Below, piece after piece: positions 37,611-60,429 of a DNA stretch of 64,000 bases; within the stretch, counting starts at the first letter, position 1, and every line of letters begins with the position of its first letter. Made by a program: the position numbers and the translations under genes. Origin of the DNA: Camelus dromedarius (Eukaryota); NCBI RefSeq assembly GCF_036321535.1, contig NC_087437.1:35218001-35282000 (forward strand), in the 5' to 3' direction. The notes beneath the pieces are model-generated. The model did not search any database. It saw nothing but the letters and a program-made list of their open reading frames with translations, and had not been told where the DNA came from.

Positions 37611-40600
37611 CTATCAAGAGACCAATAGTGCTTTTGTAATTTATGAGTTCTTGAGAACATCTTATTGCAGTCCCAAATAATATGACAAAGTTATCTTCTT
37701 AGAAATGAACCTGGCCAGGAATCTACAAGTCTACAATCCTCAGTGGGTGTCAGGCTCATGCAGTAAAGAGGAAGGTTGGTGGGGAGGATGGGTTTGTTCA
37801 GAAATGTCACCCAAGTGATCGTTTTCCTGCAGTGAGGACTCACTCAACAGTGGAAGCAGATGCCTCTAAACACCCAAATGCTGCCCAAATAACAGATTCC
37901 AGTGGAGATCCTCCAGAGAACTGTGGCATTTACCAAACAGGGGAGTTATATGCCACATTGGTGCCATGGCCTTAAAGTATTAGGATGAAAGATAATCCTG
38001 TGAGCCAAGGGGAATGGCAGACATGGTCAGGACAGTGAAGGGCTAAGACTTGAATATTCCCAAGATATTTGCATTTCATCAGATTTCAGAGCCTTTCTTC
38101 AGAGTCAGAAAGTCACCACTCCCCTCATCATAGGGTACTCACCTCTCATTGGGTGGGGCAAATCTCAAAAGGAATAAAACAGACCCCTGTCTAATGGTGA
38201 AGGAGACTGAATTTTCCAATGTGCCATCCAGGGAGGGATTACTGATAGGGAGATATCCATAAGGTAGGTGATGATTGCAAATATTGATTTTTTTAATCTT
38301 TCATCAGACCTTTTGCAATAAGATCCTAGGCTTAAAAAAGTTGTGTTGCTATAATTTGCCTCAAGGAAATAAGAATATAATAGACATGATACAAGTGTGC
38401 AATTGAGAGAAGGCTGTCTTTGTTGTGTGAAATCTATTTTTTGAATCGATTTTTGAAATATGAAAGGTTGTGGGATGAAGTATAGAATCATTCTTAATTT
38501 AAAAGTCACTAAGTTTGTGAATATCTGTGAGATAAGTAGAATAAATAAATTCTAACGGGAGATTAAAATAGATTGACATTACGGGGGTAGAGCTATGTGT
38601 TTTGGTTCTGCATAATATTTAACCCCTTTTCAGAGATGAAGGTCTTAACAATCAAGTTTTGTTTAGATTATAATACTGAGGTATATGTTCAGTTAAGATG
38701 AATTAGGTAGTGGTATCAAAAATGTGGTTTCTATCATAATTATCTGGTAAGGAGAAAAGATTTTGCTTTTAAAAATATGTTATGCCTGTGGTATTTTACA
38801 GAACAATTATGAATAATAATAAAAGTTTAATATGCATTTAGCTTCTTATGATAGAATTAGTGGAACATTACATTTCTAGATCTATTGGTCATTTTATTTT
38901 TACTCCCTTCTGTAAGGGATTTATAATTCATGAATAAAACTTAACCACTGGCTTAAACTTGACTTGAGGGCTTTTAGGACAGGAACTAATTTTTATATTT
39001 CTACCAGTGTTTAGGGCAAATCATTATGGCCATCTATTTGGATGCTAAATGGTATTTGAATTTTTGAAATTTCATAAAGAACTCTCATTTATTTTCTAGT
39101 TTAAAGAAGTCTAGTTTTAAAATAACATATCTGCATTATAGAAAAAAGGAAACACTATGCTTCTGTGAGAATGAAGTCAGTCACAAGTCATTAAACAGAA
39201 GAAATCTTATCTAAAGATCTTTCTAAGAAATAATTTTCCTTCTGAAATTCACATTTCATTCATTCTTCCTCAAGTCCACTGGCAGAAATTCAAAATGAAA
39301 TTAATTGCTGTATTTTTTAATCTTTAAAAGACAATTATTAACTAGAGGTATACAAAATATTATTTAGACCAAAGGTAGGAAAGAAGATATTCAATTCAAA
39401 CATGACATCCTTTATCCCATATCCTCTATTGTTGAATGAAAGCTAGACACTTGGCTGCTTTTTTAAATTTCTAGGATTGATGAGCTATTGAGCATGAGTC
39501 CATACTAGAAGAGAAACTTTATTTTCATTTATGTGATATCTACTGTAGAGATAGGACATTTACTATAATTTAGTCTTACTGGGTAGCTTATAAGATTTGA
39601 AATCTGAGGGCTTTGCATAATCTCCTTCCAAGTGTTTTAATTGACTTTCTGCTGTAATGAACCCCACAGACCATTACCTGGCTAATTGCTTGAGTTACAG
39701 TGCTTACACAATGCCATCCTTTGTCCTTGGTCTTCTGGGGTATTAAATAGCACAGCTATCCTCAAAGAGGAAGTGACTGCTGGTTTTCAGGGGAAGCATT
39801 AACCTCTTGGTCACTTTTTCAGGGACAGACTCCCTTCTGTTCTTCTCTGGGCTGATACCTAACCTGATGCTTATCAGAGATGCCCGTTATTCTGGGATTC
39901 TCAGCTCTCCCTCAGAGAGCTGTGGACCTCTAAAGGGGCTTCCAGAGCCACTGCCACAGGCAGAGCTTTCCATGACCTGACTCTGAAGCCCCAGAATAGG
40001 CCCCAGACCAGGTGGCAAAATGAGGATGTAATGATATTTAAGTCTCAGGTGGTATGATTAGCCAGGATTTATTGAGAAAACAGTCTTAACACTTCAGAAT
40101 TAGAAAAGGGTTTATCGCTGGCTCATCTAGGCCAGACTCATTGTTTTTAATATAAGGACACCGAGCCCCCATAGTAAATTGACTTGCCCCAAGTCTCTTG
40201 AAGCTGTTGGTGACCCAGGCTCCTGACAAACTTTTATGGAGTTACCAGAATCTAGATCCATGTTGAAGTCTTGGAAACAAATGACAAATTACGGAGTCAG
40301 AGCAAAGCAGGAAAGTGCTAGGATCAGCATGTTAGCACAACCCAGAAAAATGCAATGTGGCCTGTATCTTACTTTGTTTCTTGCCTTTTTTGGTCAATGG
40401 TATGGGTCAGTGACCACAGCTTTATGAGTGGTTAGGAGTGATTAAGGGTTTTTCAAGAACTTTTTGAGGACTAGAGGCAGGGTAAGAACCCACTCCAGTT
40501 CCTATAGGCCTAGATTGATTTCTCCTGGTAACTTCTGATTAAAATGTTTCTATGGGCCTGCTGTAACCTTGATCAAAGATGCTAACCAGCTTGGCTACTA

Positions 40601-41496
40601 GTTTAGATTCCATGATGTCTTTGGGGATATATGCACTGTCTGTTGACATCTCCAAACTTCTGACTTTCCTAATATTTGTTTGTAAGACATTCAGAGCAAT
40701 GGAATAGGTTTGGGACTATGGATTTTTAAAGAAGATTTTAACAGTGCAGAAATGAAAGACAAATGGAAGTTTGGTAATTGGAAATATTTTTATAATAAAG
40801 CCATGTCTTTAGTTGCTTTACTTCATGTTTGTGTTCCCTTTGTCTGAGCATGTAAGTAAGCTGATAAAAGGATCAACACAGATCTTTCAACCCTGAGAAG
40901 CAAGGCTCTCAGCAGAAGATAAGCTGCTAGTGATGAAAATTCCGTATCTATCATGTTATCCAAAAAACACCTTTTGCTTCAAAGATAAACTCCTTTTCCT
41001 TAAAACCCTCCAATCTGCTAGATTCTGCATCCTGAAGCTTCTCCAGAGCCTCCCCAACAGGGAACCTTTGGCTAATTTTTGGGTGGACCTGATGGAGCAG
41101 GAGTGAGTTGGCTCCTACTTCTTTCTGTGATAATTTCTACTGGGGACCATCCCACAACAGACACTCTGCTTGGTCTCCAGAAAAGTGAAGCGGTTTGCTT
41201 AAGTTTGGTTATACTTATTTTAATGGGTGTCTAAATAATTTATGTCATGGAAGTAGAAAAGTCTCATTCAAATCTTTTCTTCATGGAAAACGTTTCTCAC
41301 ATGGAACCCAGTTTAGCTCTACCATAGATTTTGGTTAACCTGCCGAAACTTAACAAAGATGAATTATGGGCATCAGTTAAATTTTAAATTCAGATTTTTA
41401 GCAGCAACTTTGATAGATTATGAACTGCCACCAGGACCAACGAATAAACAAATGAGTGAACAGATCAATCATATTCAGACCCCAGTGCTTTTTCTC

Positions 41497-41598
41497 TTTT
41501 TTTTTTAGTAAATGGACTTTATCTTTTAGAGTCGTTTCAGTTTTACAGACAATTGAGCAGAAAGTACAGAGAGTTCCCGTGTACCGCATCTCCCCCAC
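41497..41598 (-). mobile_element. Old L1M 3'-terminal fragment
   Basis: gactttatcttttagagtcgtttcagttttacagacaattgagcagaaagtacagagagttccc. Confidence 0.7.
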
Positions 41599-43589
41599 TG
41601 GTCACACGCAGTTACCTGCTGCCTTTTACAATCAGTGGGATGTTTCAGCCTGCAAAACTGGCTTCTGGCTCCTTGTCCACCCAGTCATTCACACTGTGGC
41701 GTTTCCTACCTCCTCTCTCTCTCTCCCTAATATAAGAAAACCCCACTACAGCAGAGAGATTCGGGCTCCCTGTGAAGGGAATAAAAAAAGATTAAAAAGA
41801 GTTATAATAATCTCGTTCTTGCCTTTGCCTAATACCATCCTTAAAGGTTTCTTTGAGGCTTGGGAGATGTAGAGCCAGGGTTTATTTTCGTGCCTAAATT
41901 TAATGTACGTTTTTCCTGGTCTACTCGTCCGTGCGGGTGAGTTTGCTTTTCCATCAGCCAGTTACCTGCATGATGACTTCGCCTGCCTTAGCGTGTTGGC
42001 TCCCTGCCCTCCTGAGTACAGTTCTTTTTCTGCACCCAAAGCTGTGCCATGGGCCTCGCCTGCCACTTGGAACATTCTGCTTCCTGTCATACTCCCTGGA
42101 TTGAAGACAGAGTGGGAGGAGAAGAGGAGTGACTGGGACAGTGGTGGCCTGCAGAGAGGGAGAAAAAGGTCCATGTTTGCCGATGGACTTCTTTTTGTTT
42201 TTAATGGTCTGAGACTTTGAACCCAAGCTAATCCCTCTTCTCTAACTGAAAAATGCTGAGAATATGTTTTTAATTTACTGCACACTTGTTAAGTACAAGA
42301 AGCATTTAACTTGGTAGAATGCAATGTTATACTCAAGGTGCTTCATAAAATTGTAAAGGATTCACTTATTTCAACACTCTGGGAGAAAGAGCCTCCCACT
42401 GGCTAATGGAAATGATGATGGTTTTGCTGCCTCTATCAAAGGAAGGAATGAGCAAGACTTATCAGAACTGATTACAGCCACCCTGGAATTGCCCGTAAAA
42501 AATAAGGTGGGAAATCGGACTCTGTAGTTACAGAGTTTCTCCTCCTTCCTTTTCATGGGGTTATATGTGCAAACAAACTCTAACACTGAGCAGGAGAAGG
42601 TCAGCTGGAAGCATCAGGGCAGGAGAAGACAGCTTCTTGGAAATTCTCCCTAATTCACCCTCGTGGGTGCATAGCACTGAGAGCTCAACACCAGGTACCT
42701 TAAAAAGGAAAAGAGGATTGTTTGATGAATGCAGCTCTCGAGGAAGAAGGAAGTGGTGGCAGCAACTCTCTCTGCCTGTTTTCTTTTTCCTGACATCCTT
42801 ATATATTATGCTCTGTTGTGGGACCTTCTTCCTTGGGGTGGACGTGCCTGAAATGAGTATGACGTTAATGGTCCCTCTTGGCTGCTGCTTCTAACTTTCA
42901 TCTCTACTTCCTTTTACTTGTTTAAATGGGAAGATCCCAGAGGGCTGCTGACATCCTGGGAACAAGCCCCGAAGTCATCCTTCTTGCCTGGGGCTCTAGT
43001 GCCTTAGAACACTGCCGTCTTTTCCTCCTGTTCCTCAACACAGGGAAGCCCCTCAGGCCAGTTCAGTTCATCTGACTCAAGCTATTATATCTGAAGTTGG
43101 GGCTGAGATCTCACTTTACTTGTAAAATCCACTCAGAGAAGCCAGAGATGAATTACTTTGGTCCCAGGGAGACAAAATTTAACAAGCACTATTTCCATGC
43201 AAGCATTTCTGTGTCTATGTGCTGCTTAGTGCAAAACTGTCTCTGAAAATTTTGTGTAGTCTGAACTAAAGTATATATATTTTAAACGAAAACCTTGTTG
43301 TATGTTTTAGACTAAAACATTGACTAATAACTAAATCTCACCCTGTATTTCTGAAGGAAAATAGTTATTAATCATATTCTTCAGGAATTTTCCACCCAGA
43401 GATTCATACTTTGCTTTCTTCTTATCCTCATTTTCTCAAAGTAATGTGTTAAAACCACAATTCTAAGAAACCTCCTCGTGTCAAAATATAAATTCTAATT
43501 TAACTAGGTTGAAGATGCACTTCTCAGAGAGAAATTAAAGTAACAGATGTTTTCCAGAATGGGTTGATCTTTTAGCTGTGAATTAATGT

Positions 43590-44280
43590 CAATACATTGT
43601 TGTAAGCCACCCTCATCTCTTATTGCCTGGATGACAGCAGCTCTCATTTGCTTTTACTGCCTGCTGTTTTGTCCCACCTGTAACTATCCTCCACACAACA
43701 GCCAGGGTCTCTCCCCTGCTTTAGCTTTTGAAGACTTCTTATAGCTTATTGAAGAAGCCCCCAATCCTTATGATGGTCCACAGCTCCCTACAAAGTGCGT
43801 CCTGGGTGACTGTGCCAGTCTCTCACTCCATATAGTCAGGGCCTCCTGACCTTCCTTCTCTCTCTAGTATCAAAGGCACACACACTTCCTGGAAATCTCT
43901 TCTCCTTGCTCTTCCTGAGACTGGCTCCTCTGATTCGTCAGTGCTATTTCCTGTCACATTATGTGCTACTTCCTCAGATAGGCTTTCTCTAGACACCTGT
44001 TTGAAACAATCTTTCCTTGTCACTCTATCAAATACCCCTATTTGTTTCTTCCATAGCACTTATTACAGTCTGAAATACTGATTTTTTCATGCATTATCTC
44101 GTTAAGTTTCATAGCCGTATAAGATGTATCTACTATTATTATCTCCATCTTAGAAAAAAGGAACCAAGACTCTGAGAGGTACAGTAACTTGCTCCCAATC
44201 AAACAACTAGTAAATAGAAGATCTGAATCTTGTATTCAAGACTCACTGTCTACAAAGCCAATGGCTTTTAGTACTTATAC
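43590..44280. mobile_element. L2 fragment (+, ~43590-44100) followed by MIR (-, ~44130-44280)
   Basis: L2: acttcctcagataggctttctctagac..tttcttccatagcacttattacagtctg; MIR: ctccatcttagaaaaaaggaaccaagactctgagagg..taacttgctc. Confidence 0.6.
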
Positions 44281-44921
44281 TAAATTACTTGCTAGTCAGT
44301 TACTACATTTCTTTACAATCCATAGTCCTAACCTCAGCATAAAACATACCAGTCATCTTACAAATATACATTGTTTAGTTGGTATAAATACCTAACTTAT
44401 TTTGAGAAAAGAACTAACCAATCTTCAAAGAATGTCCTCCTAAGCATAGGCACTGTCTTAATGAGAGAGAAGAGTATATCATTAAAAGAAATGTAATGTC
44501 TCCTGTATTTAGAATGAAATTTTATGGTATGAACTAATTTTCATAAGTTGAAAAAATGTCTGCTGTTATAAAACCATGTCGTAGACTCTCAAGGTTAGAA
44601 GGGGCACTCAAGTTTGAAGAATCTTCAAGATCCCTTCTAAGAGCACTTCAACAAGGGGTGGCCCAGCTCCTGCTTAAGAACTTTCAATGGGTGCAACTCC
44701 CAGGACTATGGGGGCTAATTGATGAGGGGGAGGAGCACATAGGATGCCTGCTGCTGGGTAGAGGTAAGATGGTGCTGCCTGGAAGCTGCTCAGTCGTTTT
44801 TGTCTCGATGGTAGCAAATACAGTGTTAGGCTAAAGGCTGGAACTGTTGGTAATAGTTAGCTTTTGCTGCCTAATCTTTCCCAAACTCACTCCATGACTT
44901 ACAAATTATAGTTTGAGTGTC

Positions 44922-45443
44922 TGTAGTGGATTTAAGATGGCCAAAGATTATTTGACTCTTCTTCCGTTGAGAGATGGGGTCTATGCCCTTTCCCTTGGAG
45001 TCTGGCTAGCCTCTGTGACTCCTGTAACTGGTAGAAGTCAGTAAAAGTGTTGTGGTGTCAGTTCTCAGGCACAGCCTAAATAGATTGACAGCTTCCATGT
45101 TCTTGGAGCACTCTCTTTGGGAACTGTGATTGAAGAAAACTGATGACTGAAGAAATTTGATTCTTTTGAGACTAGCATGTTAGGGAAACTATTGTCCTTG
45201 ATGAGCTCAGCATTTTTCTACCTTTACTGAGCCACTGGATTTGTAGTGAAGCCTCTCCAGACCAGCTCATGCACCAGCTGAAAACTTCTGTGTGACCTTA
45301 GCTTATGCCTCAGGAAGCAGAAGAGTCACCTAAATAATCTAGGCTTAAATTCCTGACCCATGAAATTATGAGCTATGGTAAATGGTTATTTTAAGTCACT
45401 AAGTTTGAGGTGTTTTGTTACACAGCAATAGCTAATTGGAACA
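44922..45443 (+). mobile_element. MaLR solo LTR (MLT1G-like)
   Basis: tgtagtggatttaagatggcc..tttgactcttcttccgttgagagatggggtctatg; ends ttaagtcactaagtttgaggtg..gttacacagcaatagctaattggaaca. Confidence 0.8.
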
Positions 45444-45444
45444 T

Positions 45445-45890
45445 GTCTGTGGGATGGGTGAGGGTTGTCTGATCTAGATTTTTGGCCCCAACTGGTCTCA
45501 CCTGGGCTCGCTTATGTCTCTGTGGATCAGTTGGGGACTTTCATCAAGATTGTGATAGGGTTGGGCATCTTTCTTGGGGCAGCTCTGCCACATATGTCTC
45601 ACACCCTCCTTCTGTGACCAGCAAGATCGGCCATGCATGTCTTTCTGATGGAAATGTCCAAAGTATAAAAGAGGAGGTGGAAACATACAAGGGCTCTTGA
45701 GACCTAGGCTTGGAAATGGCACCCTGTCTCTTCCACCTCGTTCTACTGGCCAAAGTCACATGGCTGAACTCAAAGTCAAGGGAGAGCATAGACCTCATTT
45801 CTCTTGTGGGAAACGGTGCAAAACCCATATATCAAAGAGTGTGAGTTCAGGGAAGGGTGGAAAATTAGAGATAATAATGCAGTTTACTAC
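45445..45890 (-). mobile_element. Old MaLR LTR fragment (MLT1H/J-like)
   Basis: ttctactggccaaagtcacatggctgaactcaaagtcaaggg motif in reverse orientation. Confidence 0.6.
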
Positions 45891-46794
45891 ATTTACTTCA
45901 TTTCAAATTAGCAAACATTTATGCGATACATATTACGCTAGGCACATTGGGGATGTTATGTTAGGTACTAGGAATGAAGCAAAAGAGACCTAACTTTCTG
46001 CTCTTGAAATATTTACAAGTCCAGGCAACCTTCAAGATGAGAAAAAGGGCTTTAACTGCATTTAGTTTGATTGGAGACCTCAGCCTCCTTTTAGATCTTT
46101 ACTTTTAACCCCTCTGTTAAGATTTATGCCTGTTAAACTTCAGACTTAGCATTTGACTTATGTTTGATTGTTTTAGTGACTTAAAATTTGGTCAGAAGCC
46201 TTGACTTTCTTGACTCATTGTGGAGGTTTTGTTTGACTAGGTTTTATGTTTTTACACAAACTTGAAGAAATTCCCATTAAAAAGAAATACTGTCTCTGCC
46301 CCGTTGGTCAGGTTGCCATCAACTCTTGCTCCATTGTTTTTCAAAGGGCATCATGTTTTCCTTAACTACAAATTCTTGGGGAGCCTCCTCATAGTCTTAA
46401 AGTACTGACTACCTTATCCTTTAACATCAGGAAGCAGGAAGTCACGATGCAAGGAAAACATTCATGAGGACAACTCACATCCTCAAAGAGGGACACTGAG
46501 CACCTTCCTATATTGGTTAACTCTGCTCATTCCTTTCTGTCGTCCTTTAGCCTCTTGTCAGATGGGCTATGTTCCCCTCTGAAACTTTGTTTGCCCCACA
46601 CTAATATGTTCCACTGTCAGAGCCAGACTTCTCATCTCTCCTTTTCCTCCTGTCTCCTATTAAGCTCCCATGGAGGTTTTCCCCATGTCTGTGGGAAACC
46701 ACGTTCTTCCACTGAAGGGCCTAATGTCAAGCTCCTTGAAGGGTCCAACTCAGTTTGTTCTGCAGCATCTCTGATTACTGGTTAATCCCCAGGC

Positions 46795-46925
46795 AGCACG
46801 TCACAGTGCGAGGTGCATGGGCTGACTCTGGAGTCAAATGGATTTAGGTTTTAATCCCCGCTCCACTGCTTAACTAACCCTGTGATCTCGGGCAGGCTAC
46901 TTAACCTCTCTGTGCCTCAGTTATA
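46795..46925 (+). mobile_element. MIR fragment
   Basis: actctggagtcaaa..aatccccgctccact..ctgtgatctcgggcaggctacttaacctctctgtgcctcagttt. Confidence 0.8.
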
Positions 46926-47067
46926 ATACATTATGTGGTTATAGTAAATCTAACCTTGCATGGTTCGGCATGGTTCATGTGTGATATTGTGATGTAATTG
47001 CAATAACGATTAGTACCTGCATGCTAGTCTACCACTAAGCTATACCCTCCCTCTGGCTGTCATGTTC

Positions 47068-47074
47068 TTTAATT

Positions 47075-47125
<51 letters not shown>

Positions 47126-47240
47126 TTTGAGGGAGGTAATTAGGTTTATTTATTTATTTATTTAGTGGAGGTACTGGGGATTGAACCCAGGACCTCGTGC
47201 ATGCTAAGCACGTGCTCCACCGCTGACCTATATCCTTCCC
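47068..47240 (-). mobile_element. vic-1-type SINE, full length, with (TTTA)n tail and TSD
   Basis: ggtactggggattgaacccaggacctcgtgcatgctaagcacgtgctccaccgctgacctatatccttcccc; TSD CTGTCATGTTC (47057-47067) / CTATCATGTTC (47241-47251). Confidence 0.9.
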
Positions 47241-47559
47241 CTATCATGTTCCTCCCAACAGCTCTCTCTTATTTGCCACCTCAGGAATGGTTTACCAAGG
47301 GGCTATCATAACATGTTTCCAGGGTCAGAAATACTTTGTATGCATACAAGAATAACACAGATTTGTTTTAGCAAGGAAAAAAGGATTATTTTCCCATGTG
47401 ACTTCATTTGTTTAAGAGAACAAAGCAATGTCTTAGAGAATTAATACTCACCATTCTGCAACCTTGAATTATTCTCATAGCAGAGTGGTGAGAAACTTAA
47501 GTTACCGATGTTGCACTTTGACTACTTTGCACTTTGGATATTTGCCGTATTTGGATGTT

Positions 47560-48445
47560 TACTGCAACAAGATCCTTAGAGAGGGGGCTGGGTTTTACTT
47601 GTCTTTATATTCTATGACCCAGCATCAGACCTGGCACTTCTTAGACACTCAAATAAATATGTGTGGAACAAATGAATGTTTCATTGAATGCAGTTGTATG
47701 AACAAATGAAAGCTATATTATTTTATATTTAAACAGAGTATTTCTGTCATCTGACTGATACACAGTAACCCTGTTTGTGTGGTCAGTCTTGCAGGGGTAG
47801 AGGGAGTTGAGGTGCGAGATCTGTATTTAGGGGGATGCAACGTAATCACCTGCCCTTCACACTTTCCTCTTAGCTTTTGTTGTTTCTCATCTTTCCTACT
47901 AGATTGTCAGCTCCCTGAGGACAGAGGCCATGGGTTAGTATATATTATTAGATGTCACCACATATAATTTCTCAGTGCTTGTGACATTGTCGATATTCAG
48001 TAAATATTGACTGAATGGATGAATACGGTAGCAAAGGCAACTTGAAGCAAAGTTAGTGTTTTTGGATCTTTATATGATTTTGGAAATATAGCATCCTTTG
48101 TCCCTTCTTGTCTGCTTTGATTTATGTCTGTCTCCTTCATAGCTCTTCCACTGATCCTACCCTTGGATTTATTGTTCTTTAATCTCATCCCTATGAATGC
48201 CACATGATTTGTGGGAAAGGATTAAGGATTTAAAATTAAACAGACCTGGATTTAAGTTCTGAATTAATAACTTACTGGTTGTGTGATCTTGAGCAAGGCA
48301 CGTAACCACTTGGTGCCTGTTTCATCTGTGAAGGTGAGGGATTGTGAGTCATCTACCTGGCAGAGCTGTTTAGAGAACAGATCGGATTGATGAATGTAAC
48401 ACAGCTACTCATAAAAGGGGCCCTATAAATAGTAAGTGTTATTAC
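47560..48445 (+). mobile_element. Two L2 3'-end fragments (~47560-47700, ~47890-48020) and a MIR (~48215-48445)
   Basis: cactcaaataaatatgtgtggaacaaatgaatg; ctagattgtcagctccctgaggacag; cagacctggatttaag..gtgtgatcttgagcaaggcacgtaacc. Confidence 0.65.
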
Positions 48446-49350
48446 TTTCCTTATTTCCATTCTCTTTACTCTGTCACTATTTATCCTAATCATTCCTTCC
48501 TTTTCCAATCAGAAATCATGCATCTGTTAGCAGATATTATCTGTTAGCAGCCACTGGATTGCTGGGAGTTGCTGGGGAATGGAATACTATGAAGTATCAA
48601 ACTTTTACTTCTTCGAGAACCTTATATCCCATCACTTTGAACATTGATAAAAGCCTTAATCGGAATAACCACTATTTGCCCCATTAAAATAATACAAAGA
48701 TAAATGTGAGTTTTCAGAAAACTCAAATTGTAAAGCAAAGAATTGGAGAGTTAAATGACATGTGAAGGCCATAAAGACCTAGCATATATTTAAATTTATG
48801 ATTTCTTATTCTCTCTCTCTCCCTCCATTTATTACGACAGATTCTAAAAGATTGCCCTCACAACAAGACCATAATCCTGAGTAGATTTAAGGACTATTTA
48901 CCAGTTTATTTTCTTGAAATAATTGAGTTTGCTGAAATAAACTATTCAGCTCAATATTTTTCATCTCCCTCTAATACAAATGTATTTGATTCCTATAAAT
49001 CTGAGTGAGGTCAGTTGAGATTTTATACATATTTCTTTCCACTGGGTATATGAGCTATTAAGTCATGTTGCATTTATTATAGATCATGTTTGCTATTTGG
49101 CAAGATAATACGAATGACTGAGAACAATATTTTAGTCCATGTAGCACTAGGAAAGCAACCACAAAGGAGAACTGAAGCAGAAAGTTCCTTACGATAAATA
49201 CTTTGAGTAAATAAAATATTCTATTGTGATTCAAGCATACATTTACATATAAACTACATAAAATCATTTTATATTATGCATACTGTTCATTCTTATGGTT
49301 CATTTATGTATGAATCTATGAATCATATATAAGGATATATACTCATATGA

Positions 49351-58515
<9,165 letters not shown>

Positions 58516-58819
58516 ACGTGTGTCTTCAGCACTGTAATTTGGGTTTAGTGGAGTAAGCCAGGTGACAGCGTAGTGCTATTGAAAAAAAATAATTTTCACT
58601 ATTTTTTTTTCATAATAAGAATAGAACAGAAAAAAATAAGGAAAACTGTATCACCTAGAGTCAATAATTCCTATTTTGAGACATCGTCTTTAAAAGTGTT
58701 TATATGTATTTGAGAACACGTCTATTAATTTCATAGGTCTTTTTCATTTAGCATTTAATAGCATTTCTCTTGCCCTTTAAATAATAACATTTGTATGCAA
58801 AAATATGAATGAGATTCGT

Positions 58820-58829
58820 AATAAATAAA
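58820..58829 (+). terminator. Probable OTOL1 polyadenylation signal (two overlapping AATAAA)
   Basis: AATAAATAAA ~305 nt after the stop codon, followed at ~58867-58895 by a GU-rich tract (tgtgtgtaaatcttttctgtgtgactgtg). Confidence 0.7.
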
Positions 58830-58942
58830 TATATTCCTACTAAATGGTTTCTATATCTCATAAAAATGTGTGTAAATCTTTTCTGTGTGACTGTGAGGCC
58901 AAGAGCTGGCATATAATGGGCAGGCATTTCTCAGAAGTTCTA

Positions 58943-59180
58943 TTTTTTATTAAAGTGTAGTTGATTTACAGTGTTAGTTTTAGGTGTACAGCAAAGTGAT
59001 TCAGTTACATATATATATATATATATATATATAAAACACACATATATATACGCACGTGTCTTCAGATTCTTTTCCATTACAGCTTATTACAAGAAATTGA
59101 ATATAGTTCCCTGTGCTATACAGTAAGTCCTTGTTGTTTATCTATTTTATATACAGTAGTGTGTATCTGTTAAGCCCAAC
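58943..59180 (-). mobile_element. L1 3'-end fragment with (TA)n, just downstream of the OTOL1 poly(A) region
   Basis: ttttttattaaagtgtagttgatttacagtgttagtttaggtgtacagcaaagtgattcagtta..gaatatagttccctgtgctatacagta. Confidence 0.85.
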
Positions 59181-60398
59181 TCCTCCCTGTTGGGAGGGTA
59201 ACCTTCCAACAAAATGGAACTATTCCCATTTTAGTTTAATTCAGGGAGAATACAGAGAAAGAATAATAAGACTAGCTAAAATATCTTTAAAATTAATCAA
59301 TGTGTCAGAACTGGCACATAAAAAAACCTGTACAATATGGACTTGTGTGTTGGGTAACAGGTAAAAAGAAAATTTATAAAGATAGTGCTTCATCTTAGCA
59401 AAGATCCAGCCATTCATCTAATTATTGTGCTAAGAAGAACTGAATGTCCCCGAAAGATTCAAGAGCAAAATTAAATCATCACTGATCTAAAATTTTTACC
59501 CTTTCTTCATGAAAGGACATTTAATTTGGATAAATACTTTGGCTTCATTATCATCACCTCTAAAATAATTAATTCTGGTTATTCAGTGATAACACTGCTG
59601 GAACAGGTGGCTACTTGGGAATTCACTTGCAATGTGAATATTTAAAACTGTGAATATATAATAACTCAGCGGCCTCATTTTTTTGAGAAAATGAATTTAT
59701 TGACTCCAAATTGAATTTGGTTTAATGAAGGCATATAGTTATGCAGATTTGCAAATCTTGATGAATCAAATCAGGGAATGAGTGATGGGGAACTTTATGG
59801 TCTTGCTCTGCCAGATAAGCAAACTCTGAAAAACATAATTCATTTTTTATCTTCATGTATATATTTAATATATATATTGCGTTCAGAGGAAAACTATTAC
59901 TGGAAGTTGTTATTATGAACTACTGCAAAAAAAGTGGTTTCTTTGTCAAACAAATATTGGAAATGCTATGTTCTGTATCTCCTTCTTGAAGAGTCATAAA
60001 GCATGTTGGTGTAGTCTCTTAACATTCCCACAGGAAAGAAATTTGTTTAATTTTGTTTTATTCAAGGATCCTATGCTTATTTTGAATATAGAACTCATCA
60101 AGCAACATCCGGTGGAGCAGCGCTCTGTAAGATGCCAATTTTGGCAATGTTGCTTTAGTTTCTCATGTGAAGATTGCTCAGCAGTCTGGGGTAAAGTTTA
60201 CTCTTGACATTTCCCCCTTCCTTCAGCAATTCTTCTCTATTTAGATTGTAATGTTACTTTAATTGTTGCCTTGCTTGTATTTGTCAGAGGGAGAGAAGAA
60301 TTCGCAAGTGATTAAAGTAGTGATACTTGTACTTAGAATTCTCTTTTCCAGTTTGAGGGTGGGATAGTGAAGAGATTCCAGGAACTTAAGAATTTTGG

Positions 60399-60404
<6 letters not shown>

Positions 60405-60429
<25 letters not shown>

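Noticed and set aside
48522..48550. Direct repeat ATCTGTTAGCAG twice (similar short duplications at ~9060, ~33235 and 29508/29593)
   Set aside because: These look like ordinary small slippage duplications, with no array structure and no spacer pattern.
48994..49000. TATAAAT ~480 nt upstream of the ATG as the OTOL1 promoter
   Set aside because: Such motifs are common in this very AT-rich stretch and no convincing donor follows. It cannot be excluded but is not supportable.
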